From a virus (taxonomy: Duplodnaviria; Caudoviricetes): DNA of 52,877 nucleotides. The translations under genes were made by a program, and so were the position numbers. Below the pieces are notes generated by a model that saw only the letters and a list, made by a program, of their open reading frames with translations, did no database searches and was not told the origin of the DNA. The stretch spans positions 1-52,877 of the IMG/VR virus record IMGVR_UViG_3300031720_000004. One strand, given 5' to 3'. Below, piece after piece: positions 1 to 8,366 of the stretch. Numbering within the stretch: the first letter of the stretch is position 1; each line of letters opens with the position of its first letter.

Positions 1-494
1 ACCGCCGTGGTGGAGGACGTGCCTGTCGGGTTGGCCGGAGCGGTCTGGTTCTGCTGCGGCTTGATCGCCATCGTTTCGGCCTGGCGGATGACCGGGATGG
101 TCAGTGTCTGCGCACCCGCGAGCGCGGAAGCCTGCAGGTCCAGCTTGTTGGTGGCTCCGAAGAAGATGTCGTTGCCCTGGACGTTCAGGTCGGCAAGGAA
201 CACACCGTTCCCACTGTCGTCGACGCCGAAGTTGACCGTCGTACCGGCAGCGTTGATCACCGCGAACAGGTCGGAGGCGTCCAGGCCGATGTGGGCCTTG
301 GTGGTACCGCCGCGCTGCAGCGCCATCATGCCTTGGATGGCCGCGGCCCCTGTCTTGTTCAAGCGCAGCGGCGGAGCGCTGGAATGCGCCAGCGTGACCT
401 GCTGGTCGACCATCACGCCCGTCAGCAGGTTGATGATCTGCTGCGAGTCCAGCGCGTTGACGAGTCCGCCCTGTACGATGCCGTAGAGAGCCAA
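1..494 (-). CDS. Putative tail fibre / receptor-binding protein, N-terminal part (runs off the window)
   Basis: Manual translation from TTG at 494 after AAGGAGG: MALYGIVQGGLVNALDSQQIINLLTGVMVDQ..., open to base 1. It is the last gene of the tail module. Confidence 0.6.
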   Translation of the reverse strand, partial: MALYGIVQGGLVNALDSQQIINLLTGVMVDQQVTLAHSSAPPLRLNKTGAAAIQGMMALQRGGTTKAHIGLDASDLFAVINAAGTTVNFGVDDSGNGVFLADLNVQGNDIFFGATNKLDLQASALAGAQTLTIPVIRQAETMAIKPQQNQTAPANPTGTSSTTA

Positions 495-821
495 CTAACC
501 TCCTTTCCGCTTCCTTGGTTTCTTCGCCCCGGCCAGCCCGGTTGCGTGTCGCAACTCCAACTCCAGAGTGGCGCAGCGCTCGCGCAGCGTGGCCAGCTCT
601 GTCTCATACACCGGCAACAGCGCCTTCATGCGGATGTTGTCGTCGTCCAGATCGTTCGCGATGTTCGCCCGTTCCATCATCTCGATCTGCAGCTGGACGA
701 TGTACTGCTCCTTCTGTCCGATGAGTTCCCAGGCTTTCGTGATCTCACCAGGACGGAATTGCGGCACCATCGGCTTGAGAGGCGGTTTCTGTTCCTCGGC
801 TCCGGCTGTGGGAAGCGGCAT
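495..821 (-). CDS. Hypothetical coiled-coil protein with basic C-terminus
   Basis: 108-aa ORF with AGGAGG-aaccttca-ATG, a heptad-like helical core and a KKPRKRK tail. Confidence 0.7.
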   Translation of the reverse strand: MPLPTAGAEEQKPPLKPMVPQFRPGEITKAWELIGQKEQYIVQLQIEMMERANIANDLDDDNIRMKALLPVYETELATLRERCATLELELRHATGLAGAKKPRKRKGG

Positions 822-852
822 TGAAGGTTCCTCCTTGTGAATGCGGGGTGGT

Positions 853-986
853 GCGCCGGGTGGCTGGGTCGTTACACCAGCCGCTATCTATGCTCCGGCG
901 GTGCGACCATCGCATCGCCCCTTGTGGTGACCTGCCCGGAGCAGGAAGCTTCACGTGCGGGTCTTGCGGCTCCGCACACCCGGCGC
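853..986 (-). ncRNA. Candidate structured, pseudoknotted RNA in the leader of 495..821
   Basis: 10-bp closing helix 853-862/977-986. Crossing helices 867-879/925-932 and 891-898/936-943. Two small hairpins, one with a GCAA loop. Confidence 0.55.
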
Positions 987-987
987 G

Positions 988-1728
988 CTATCCGCTGACG
1001 AGTGTCAGCTGGACTTCCAAGATGGCCGTCTGCGTGTTGGTCTTCACGATGGGCGTCACGAACACCGTGCGGTCGATCATCGTGCCGGGCAAGTAGGCCA
1101 CAACCGTGCCCGCGGGGTACGTCGCGTTCGCGTTCTGTGTGGTGACCGAGAGGGAAGTGTCGCTCGGCGGGCTGTCCCCAATCGTGATCCAGGACTGCGT
1201 CGTACCGGAGCCGTAGCCCACGATGACGATGCTGCCGCTGGGGATGTCCGCCGTGGTTGCGACGACAGCCAGAGCGGAGTACGGGCTGCCGCTCGTGAGG
1301 CCGGATGTCAGCGTCGTGGTGATCAGGTTGGCCTGCGCGAACATGCCGACTTCGCTGATTGACCCGTTGGCCTGCGTCAGCCCGAAGAAGAAGTCGTAGG
1401 ACAGGTTGTTCGCGAACACCGACCCGTTCGTGATGATGGCTCGGCCTATCTCGGCAAGCAGTGCTGTCTGCGCCGCTGCCGCTGGCGTTGTGCTGGTGCC
1501 GACGCCGCCCCATGTGTCGCCGAGGTTGACCGCGGAGTACGGCGACCCCCAGCCCGCGTTCTGGTTCTGGATGAAAGCCCAGTTCAGTGCGGAGGCAAGG
1601 ATCGCCAGCCCGCCCGTGACCAAGAGGTTCTCTTGGATGCGCTCGTCCACCAGCTTGTCGTCTTCAAAGACAGCGAAGCGGAACCGGCCCTTGATGCCCA
1701 CCGGAGTGTCGGCGACAATCAGCCCCAC
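988..1728 (-). CDS. Minor tail / baseplate structural protein
   Basis: 246 aa with ENLLVTGG, GVGTSTTPAAAAQTALLAEIGR and ANGSISEVGMF motifs typical of tail-tip structural proteins; tail-module position. Confidence 0.65.
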   Translation of the reverse strand: MGLIVADTPVGIKGRFRFAVFEDDKLVDERIQENLLVTGGLAILASALNWAFIQNQNAGWGSPYSAVNLGDTWGGVGTSTTPAAAAQTALLAEIGRAIITNGSVFANNLSYDFFFGLTQANGSISEVGMFAQANLITTTLTSGLTSGSPYSALAVVATTADIPSGSIVIVGYGSGTTQSWITIGDSPPSDTSLSVTTQNANATYPAGTVVAYLPGTMIDRTVFVTPIVKTNTQTAILEVQLTLVSG

Positions 1729-3485
1729 AAGAAGCCTCCATCATTCCAGATTGCCGATCCCCAGCGGTTACTGCCGCGCTGCGGTGGGTTGGGGTAGCGG
1801 TCGAGTCCGTAGCGCGCGCTCGTCTGCGCGGTGACGCCCGCGTTGTAGATGGACTGGACCTGGCCGGTGGAAAGCGCGTACCCGAAGATGACGGCTTCGG
1901 TGATGGCTCCCTCCACCGTGGTGTCGTAGCCCGTCCAGCGTTCGTCCTCTCCGAGACGCATGGCTCCGGTGAAGTCGGCTGTGGAACTTGATGTGATGGT
2001 GGTTCCGGCCACACCGTTGATGTAGACCGTGCGGTTCGGCGAAGCCACGCCTGTGTAGACGACAGCGACGTGCGTCCAGGTGCCGTACGCGAAGGCTTGC
2101 GCGCCACCGTTGTTGTCGCCGTTGCCGTTGAGCCAGCCGGTTGCGAAGAAGTTCGTGCCGTTGTCCCCGGCTGTCAGTCCGACGTTCGGGAACGTCCCGA
2201 GGATGTTGTACAGCCGAGTCGTCGGAGCGAAGCCCGGCGCGAGCCGCGTGGCGATCTGCTCGTACGAACCTGTCAGGATGAGCGGGCGCGGATCGGGCAG
2301 GAGATAGACCCAGGCCATGAACGTCATGGCTCCCGTGTTCAGGTTTGCGCCGATGGAAGGAATCACGATGCGTCCGGGGAAGCGCGCGTCGAAGCTGATG
2401 GCCCGGTTCGTGTCTGCCACCAGCGGCCCGCGCGGGGCCGGAGGCCAGGGGATCAAGCTGCTTGCACCGGCCTCGCCGAACTGGTATCCGCTGCCGCCGC
2501 CAGCGCCGTCCTTGTTGCCACCACCGATGTCGTTCGCTACGATCGAACCGATCGGGTCGTTGCAGCGCCAGTAGCCGCCAGCGGATGGGTTGAGCGCCAG
2601 AGTGGTGACCTCTACACCGCTCGTCGCGTAGCTGCCCGCAGCCGCGCGCGCGGGCGCTGCCGTGCCCCATGCGTAGTGGTTCGCAACCTGCGTCGCCGTC
2701 AAGGCGACCGGATAGACCGCGAAAGCCGCGATGGTCGCGTTCCCGTTCAGTGAGGCCTGCGTCCCGCCGATACGCAACGTGGCTCCAGACACGTCCGCCG
2801 CGCGCGAGCTGGTGGCCGGAGTGCCCACCGAGACGCCGTTGACGTACAGCGTCATTGTCGTGCCGTCGTATGTGCCGACGACGTGGGACCAGTTCGATGT
2901 GTTCGGGCTGCCGCCTGTAACCGTGTCGTTGCCAGCGCTGGCGTCGCCACGCAGGAAGCCCCAGCCCACCGAGGACTGCCAGTACAACTGCGCGCCGTGG
3001 TTGACGGTCGCTTCCATGCCTCCGATGCGGCGGAAGGTCGTGTCTACCGTGGCAGGCTTGATCCAAGCCTCGATCGTGAACGCCTTGTTGGCGGATGGAT
3101 CGAAGGAACCCGTACCCGCGTCGCAGTACTGCGTCGAGCCGTTGAACAGACACGCGCTAAGCCCCGGCATGGACGGCATGTTCTGGCCGAAGGACGGCGA
3201 AGCTGTCGCTGCCGCGGGCCGCTTGGGGCCGTAGGGGTTGGAATCGAAGGCAGACGCGGAACCTGTTGGGTCGCCCATCAGCCAGAAGCCCGTAGGCCCG
3301 TCCTGGTCTGCCACCTCCCAGGGGTAGCTCGTCCAGTCAACGAAGGACGCGGACTCCTGGAACTTCAGTAGTTCATCACCGCCCAGGAACTGGTTGACGG
3401 GCTCGTCCGGGCTTGTGTCGATGAACACGCCGGAGTCCTGGTTCAGCTGCTGGAACACATCCTGCAGCGTGTAGATGCGCGTCAT
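1719..3485 (-). CDS. Tail protein with two LamG/concanavalin-A-like domains
   Basis: FTIEAWIKP...WSHVVGTYDG...LYVNGV and MTFMAWV...WTHVAVVY...VYINGV. Start placed at ATG 3485 (ATGA overlap with the upstream stop). Confidence 0.8.
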   Translation of the reverse strand: MTRIYTLQDVFQQLNQDSGVFIDTSPDEPVNQFLGGDELLKFQESASFVDWTSYPWEVADQDGPTGFWLMGDPTGSASAFDSNPYGPKRPAAATASPSFGQNMPSMPGLSACLFNGSTQYCDAGTGSFDPSANKAFTIEAWIKPATVDTTFRRIGGMEATVNHGAQLYWQSSVGWGFLRGDASAGNDTVTGGSPNTSNWSHVVGTYDGTTMTLYVNGVSVGTPATSSRAADVSGATLRIGGTQASLNGNATIAAFAVYPVALTATQVANHYAWGTAAPARAAAGSYATSGVEVTTLALNPSAGGYWRCNDPIGSIVANDIGGGNKDGAGGGSGYQFGEAGASSLIPWPPAPRGPLVADTNRAISFDARFPGRIVIPSIGANLNTGAMTFMAWVYLLPDPRPLILTGSYEQIATRLAPGFAPTTRLYNILGTFPNVGLTAGDNGTNFFATGWLNGNGDNNGGAQAFAYGTWTHVAVVYTGVASPNRTVYINGVAGTTITSSSTADFTGAMRLGEDERWTGYDTTVEGAITEAVIFGYALSTGQVQSIYNAGVTAQTSARYGLDRYPNPPQRGSNRWGSAIWNDGGFLWG

Positions 3486-5473
3486 GAGATGCGGATTCCC
3501 GTGATCTTGTACCGGCGCGTCACGCCGGGCTTGCCGCTGATGGTGTTGGCGCTGAGCAAGTAGGAGCCGTGTACGCCCGCGCCTATGCTGTGCGCCGCGG
3601 CGTAGTGGTTCGCCACCTGAACATCGCTCAGCTGGTAGGTGTAGATGGCGCACTCCGCCAGGCGTCCGGGGAAGAAGTTGCTGGCACCGCTCACGACACT
3701 CCCGATGTGCGGATCGCCGCCGTCATTGGGGGTGTAGGCTTTGGCGGTCGGCCCGGCCACGAGGACGCCATCGATGTACAGCCGCGAGTTGGCCCCATCG
3801 TACGTGCCCACGATGTGGTGCCACACGCCGAACGCCGGAGTGCTTGGCGAGTTGATCACCGCAGCCGGGTTGTTCTGCAGAGAGATGGTGCCGTCGGTGT
3901 TGACGTCCAGCTTGCAGCCCTTGGTGAACGCGCTGTTCTCGTCGCAGAGCATGCCGCGGGGCGGCGAGGCAAACGTACCCGTCATCAGCAGCCACAACTC
4001 CAGCGAGTAGGCTCCCGCGGGTACGAGCGAGGCCGCGTAGGGGATGTCGATGTTGCCTGTGGTGCCGTCGAACAGCATCGAGCTGCCGCCGTCGAGCGCA
4101 ACACCGGACAGCCCCTTGGTTATGCCGCCGTGCAGAGTCCCCGTATGTCCGTTGCCGCTGGTGTCCGCCGCGAAGCCGCCCGTGTCATCCAGACGCCAGT
4201 ACCCGGCTGGCAAGTCGCCAAGGATGACGCTCTGGTAGTAGCTGTTGGCGAAGTCGGGCACGGCCTTGTTGATGAGCGTGAAGAGAGTGCCCGCGCGGAT
4301 GTGGCCCGGCCACTGCTCGGTGACTTCCATCTCGATGCGCTCTTGCGCCACGCTGTACTCCGCCAGCTCACGGAAGCCGCGGTCCTTGGCGGCCAGCGTA
4401 TTCACCAGCGTGGGGTCTGCAATGTACATCTGGAAGTGCCCGCCGTTGGGCAGCTGCGCCATCGAAGAGATGGAACCCAGATCCTGTACCCGCGTAACGA
4501 CCGGCTGCAGGAACTCGTAGTTGAACGCGATTGTATCGGTGTTGGAGGGTGTGCCGTACACGGCCTGCAGCCACCAGTGGCCGATGCCGTACATCAACGA
4601 TGCCTTGGTCACGATGAAGTCGGTGGTGGGGGCCTGGCCGTTGTCGATGGCCAGCGTCTTGGCCACCCCGTTGAGCAGTACCGACCAGGAGGTGAAGGTT
4701 GTGGTGTCCGGGACGTAGGTCATGGCGAAGAACTGCGTCTGGCCGTCGCCTGTGAACTTGTCCTGCTGGATCTCCGTCAGGGAAGCGCCGCGCAACAGGA
4801 TGTCGTTGCGCACCGAGGTCGCGTCCCAGAAGTAGTTCCAAGCCCGGTCGAAGTGCCCCAGCGTGGTCGTGTCCGGCACTGTGTCGTCGGTGAAAGTGAT
4901 GCCGGAGTCCGGGGCCAAGTCCTGGTTGTAGAAGTGGATGTCGCGGTTCTCGTCGATGTAGTAGCCGAACTGCGCGCCCGGCTTGGAAGCCAGCTGCTCC
5001 ACGTTCTTGAGCGCCGAGGTGAGGGACTGGTGCTTGATCTTGGCGCGGTTGATCACCGGGCCGGGCATGACGTTGACCGTCGTGAGACCGCAGGGCTGTT
5101 GCGCCACCAGCGCCTTGATGATGAAGTCGGCGGTCTTGCTGATGAAGTCCCCGGCCACGATGGTCATGTCGGCCAGGATCGTCCAGTCGCGACAGGCCAG
5201 ATGCCAGGTGGCGAGGTTCGGGCCTTCCCACTTCATGTCCGGCTGCTGGCACACGCCCGCGAAGATCGTCGTGCCCAGCGCCGGGTCGGTGACGACCACC
5301 GTGCACTGCGGCGGACACACGAAGGACAGCTGGTTCGGCGTGTCAGGATGCTCGTCTACCAGGTAGAAGTCGGCCGTCGCGCCCTGCCGCGACCACTGCT
5401 GCATCACCTGCCAGTTGGACTGCTCCGTGTATTTGGAGAAGTCGTTGCCGTTTACCAGCAGCTGGAGGCTCAC
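3482..5473 (-). CDS. Tail tip/hub protein with C-terminal LamG domain
   Basis: 663 aa directly after the tape measure gene. Hub-like YYIDENRDIHF motif; LamG motif YSLELWL...WHHIVGTYDG...LYIDG. Confidence 0.75.
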   Translation of the reverse strand: MSLQLLVNGNDFSKYTEQSNWQVMQQWSRQGATADFYLVDEHPDTPNQLSFVCPPQCTVVVTDPALGTTIFAGVCQQPDMKWEGPNLATWHLACRDWTILADMTIVAGDFISKTADFIIKALVAQQPCGLTTVNVMPGPVINRAKIKHQSLTSALKNVEQLASKPGAQFGYYIDENRDIHFYNQDLAPDSGITFTDDTVPDTTTLGHFDRAWNYFWDATSVRNDILLRGASLTEIQQDKFTGDGQTQFFAMTYVPDTTTFTSWSVLLNGVAKTLAIDNGQAPTTDFIVTKASLMYGIGHWWLQAVYGTPSNTDTIAFNYEFLQPVVTRVQDLGSISSMAQLPNGGHFQMYIADPTLVNTLAAKDRGFRELAEYSVAQERIEMEVTEQWPGHIRAGTLFTLINKAVPDFANSYYQSVILGDLPAGYWRLDDTGGFAADTSGNGHTGTLHGGITKGLSGVALDGGSSMLFDGTTGNIDIPYAASLVPAGAYSLELWLLMTGTFASPPRGMLCDENSAFTKGCKLDVNTDGTISLQNNPAAVINSPSTPAFGVWHHIVGTYDGANSRLYIDGVLVAGPTAKAYTPNDGGDPHIGSVVSGASNFFPGRLAECAIYTYQLSDVQVANHYAAAHSIGAGVHGSYLLSANTISGKPGVTRRYKITGIRIS

Positions 5474-7749
5474 CTACGGAAGTTGATGCCCGCGCCCGGC
5501 AGCACGTTGCGCACGAACCGCTTGTTGAGCTTGTCGATGAAGTCGTCCATCGCACTGTCCGACATCAGCTGCGCGCCCCGCATGTCGATGTACACGCTGC
5601 TCGCGCCCGCGGCAGCGCCCGTCCCTGAAGGCGCAAGGCTGGCCGGTAGAGAGATGGCTCCCCCGATGGCCGCGCCGATCGACCGCTTGGCCGCTGGAAC
5701 CTCGTCAAGAGTCCCCAGGACCGCGCCCTGCATCACCTGCCGACCGACCTGAACACGCATCACTTCGGACGGGGAATGGATGCCCAGGGCGTCCTTGAAG
5801 GCCTGGCCGATCTGGTTGGCTGCGCTCTTGAACTGGTTGATGTTGTTCGAGATGTAGTTCTTGATGCCGTTCAGGATGCCAATGATGACGTTCTGGCCCA
5901 GGCCGATCCAGTCGAAGTGCGTGATGCTGTCCCACAGGTGCTGCGCCAAACCGGCCCCGGCCTTGAACATCTCGATCTGAGAGGTGACGACGCGGTCGAT
6001 CATGTTCAGCATGAACGTCGCGATCTGCCCCGGCAGCTCTTTGATCTTCTCGGTGATGCTCTTCTGGAAGTTGATCGCCAACACGAGAGCCGCGCCCACC
6101 ATGTCGATGCCCCACTCGACCACCTTCAGCTCGATCTTGCTGAACCAGATGGCCGCTTCCAACAGCAGATACGTCAGCCAGTAGATGGGACGCGAGGAGA
6201 ACTGGTTCCAGATGTCCTCGATCTTGGCGAGAACCCGGTTGCCCCAGCCGGAGATCGTGTCCCAGATGCTGCCGACGAACCCTGTGATCGCAAGGACGAC
6301 CGCGTTCCAGGCCGACGTAAGTTCCGCCAGAATCTTGTCCCACAGGCCCGCGAGGAAGCTGCGTATCTGACTGAAGTGCGTGATGGCGAGGACGATGGCC
6401 GCGACCACCAGTCCGATCACCAGCACGATGCCCAGGATGGGCAGCGACACTGCCGTCATGACCAGCATCACCGCCATCGAAATGGCAATCAGCGCACCGA
6501 TGACGCCCACCGCGATGAGGATGCCCGCCGCCAGTTGCCGGTTGTGGTTGATCCACGTCACGATCTGCGTCACGACCGGGAGTACGGCCTTGATCAGCGA
6601 CTGGATGACGGGCAGCAGCTGCTCGCCGATCATCACTTTGGCGTCGTCGATGGTGGCGTTCAGTTCCTTCTGCTCGTTCGCGTACGTCTGCGCGCGGATG
6701 GCCGCGGCTGCCTGCGCAGCGTTCTGCTTGTTGATGACCCCGCTGATCTTGTCGTAGCCCGCGGTGCCTTCCAACAGCACGGCGTCCAGCTCTCGGCCCG
6801 CCGTAGCCCCGAACAACATGCGCTCCGCCGCAAGCCGCTGTTCCTGCGTCATGTGCGCCAGCTTGGGCTGCAGCTGCGCGATGATGTCGCGCATCCCCAC
6901 GAACTTGCCGTGGCTATCGAACACGGTCATGTTCAACTTCTTCAGCTCGGCCGACACGTTCTTGCTGCCGGACAGCAGGGTGTTCATGCCGCCTGTCGCC
7001 GCCATCATCGCCATGCGGCCTTCGACTCCGTGCTTGTTCAGCTGCACCATCAGAGTCGAGACATCAGAAAGACTGGGGCCGAGTGGCCCCAGCCGCCCTT
7101 CCAGTCGGTCGACGGAAGTGGCAACGGCGTCTACAGACTGGCCGGTAAGTCGGGCCGTCGTGTAGAGGATGTCAGAGGCTTGCGCTGCCTGGTTCGTGGA
7201 CAGGTGGTACACCTTCATCACGCTGACCACGTCCTTGGTTGCGGATGAGAGGTCCGTGGCGCTGGCTTCCGCCAAGTCCATGGAAGCTGCCATGATCTTG
7301 GTGGCGTCGCTGGCGTTGATGGCGTGACCGCTGGTGAGCTGTATCTCGCCCGTCAACGGGGCCAGAGCCTTCATCTGCTCCTGAGCGCTGTACACCACAG
7401 TGCCCGCGGTTCCGAGGAAGGCGTCCCCGATCTTGTTCGCTGCGTCTACCCCGATGGCCGCACTGGCCGCCAAGTCGGCAGTCGTGGACTGGTAGTCCGC
7501 CGCCGCGTCTACGCTGGCCTTGGCGATCAGCAACACGCCCGCGGCAGCAGCCGCGCCCGCGATGCCAATGCCCATCATGATCGGAGTGGCCTTAGCCCAC
7601 CCGGTGGTGGCCTGCTCCGCATCCTTGCTGGCGGCCTTTGTCTTGCCGAAGGATGTGCCCAGGCCCTTGACCGCGGCGTCGATCTTGGCGAAGATCGCAG
7701 TCGCCTGGTCGCGAGCCTCTACGGCTAGAACAATGGGTTCTTCAGGCAC
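5470..7749 (-). CDS. Tape measure protein (TP901-like core)
   Basis: 759 aa, Ala-rich and helical, with FDSHGKFVGMRDII...LFG, a hydrophobic segment, Trp-periodic repeats and C-terminal LGIHSPS. Confidence 0.92.
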   Translation of the reverse strand: MPEEPIVLAVEARDQATAIFAKIDAAVKGLGTSFGKTKAASKDAEQATTGWAKATPIMMGIGIAGAAAAAGVLLIAKASVDAAADYQSTTADLAASAAIGVDAANKIGDAFLGTAGTVVYSAQEQMKALAPLTGEIQLTSGHAINASDATKIMAASMDLAEASATDLSSATKDVVSVMKVYHLSTNQAAQASDILYTTARLTGQSVDAVATSVDRLEGRLGPLGPSLSDVSTLMVQLNKHGVEGRMAMMAATGGMNTLLSGSKNVSAELKKLNMTVFDSHGKFVGMRDIIAQLQPKLAHMTQEQRLAAERMLFGATAGRELDAVLLEGTAGYDKISGVINKQNAAQAAAAIRAQTYANEQKELNATIDDAKVMIGEQLLPVIQSLIKAVLPVVTQIVTWINHNRQLAAGILIAVGVIGALIAISMAVMLVMTAVSLPILGIVLVIGLVVAAIVLAITHFSQIRSFLAGLWDKILAELTSAWNAVVLAITGFVGSIWDTISGWGNRVLAKIEDIWNQFSSRPIYWLTYLLLEAAIWFSKIELKVVEWGIDMVGAALVLAINFQKSITEKIKELPGQIATFMLNMIDRVVTSQIEMFKAGAGLAQHLWDSITHFDWIGLGQNVIIGILNGIKNYISNNINQFKSAANQIGQAFKDALGIHSPSEVMRVQVGRQVMQGAVLGTLDEVPAAKRSIGAAIGGAISLPASLAPSGTGAAAGASSVYIDMRGAQLMSDSAMDDFIDKLNKRFVRNVLPGAGINFRR

Positions 7750-7966
7750 GGTTCCTTCTCTGCGCCCGCTTCAGCTCAGCGTTCTCGTGACGTATCTCAA
7801 GCGAGATGATCAGCATGTACTCCTTGAACTTCTTGGCGGGCCAGTGCCGCAGCTGCTCAGGTCTGAGGCCCAGACGCTCCCACAGCGCTCGCCGTAGCCG
7901 GTAGTCCTGGAGTATCGGCGGTCCTCCCGTTCCCTGCGATATCGCTGCCGCCAGCTGCGCCAGGAA
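7742..7966 (-). CDS. Tail assembly chaperone gpGT-like extension, probably reached by a +1 frameshift
   Basis: Open frame FLAQLAAAIS...LWERLGLRPEQLRHWP...RRNRA* ends at the tape measure start and is +1 to the chaperone at ACG TTT CCT (7970-7962). Confidence 0.65.
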   Translation of the reverse strand, partial: FLAQLAAAISQGTGGPPILQDYRLRRALWERLGLRPEQLRHWPAKKFKEYMLIISLEIRHENAELKRAQRRNRA

Positions 7967-8327
7967 ACGTGGCGCGCGCTTCGCGCTTCGCCCTCTCTGT
8001 CACGGCTGTGATCTCATCGTCACCCATGCCCTCGTTGCCTGCGAAGGCGACGCTGAGCTTGAGGAAGTCGCCCTGCGGCATGTGCCGGATGACGTTGGGC
8101 AGCGCCTCGCGCTCGAACTTCACGCCGTTCTCGTCGTCGAGGTTCCAGTCCAAGGAGGCCAGCGCCAACCCCTGGATCGCCTTCTCCGTGTCGTCCTTGA
8201 TCTCCTGCGTCTTCTCGCTCTCATCGAGCGTCAGGTGCCGGAGCAGCACCCAGTAGTTCTCGGACCCGTCGTCCTTGGGTCCCAGATCGACCTTGACAGC
8301 GCCCCGCAGTGGATTGGCATATCCCAT
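7857..8327 (-). CDS. Tail assembly chaperone (gpG-like)
   Basis: Lies between the tube and tape measure genes; acidic protein with a DWNLDDENG motif. Confidence 0.8.
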   Translation of the reverse strand: MGYANPLRGAVKVDLGPKDDGSENYWVLLRHLTLDESEKTQEIKDDTEKAIQGLALASLDWNLDDENGVKFEREALPNVIRHMPQGDFLKLSVAFAGNEGMGDDEITAVTERAKREARATFPGAAGGSDIAGNGRTADTPGLPATASAVGASGPQT

Positions 8328-8366
8328 CGCTACATTGATCCTCCTACCGAGAGAGTGTTTACCTGG

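Noticed and set aside
3569-5752. Long plus-strand ORFs (also 5776..7248, 8082..9611, 12900..14831, 37996..39762, 48590..50395)
   Set aside because: They are antisense shadows of high-GC minus-strand genes, with no SD or recognisable motifs, and lie over well-supported genes.
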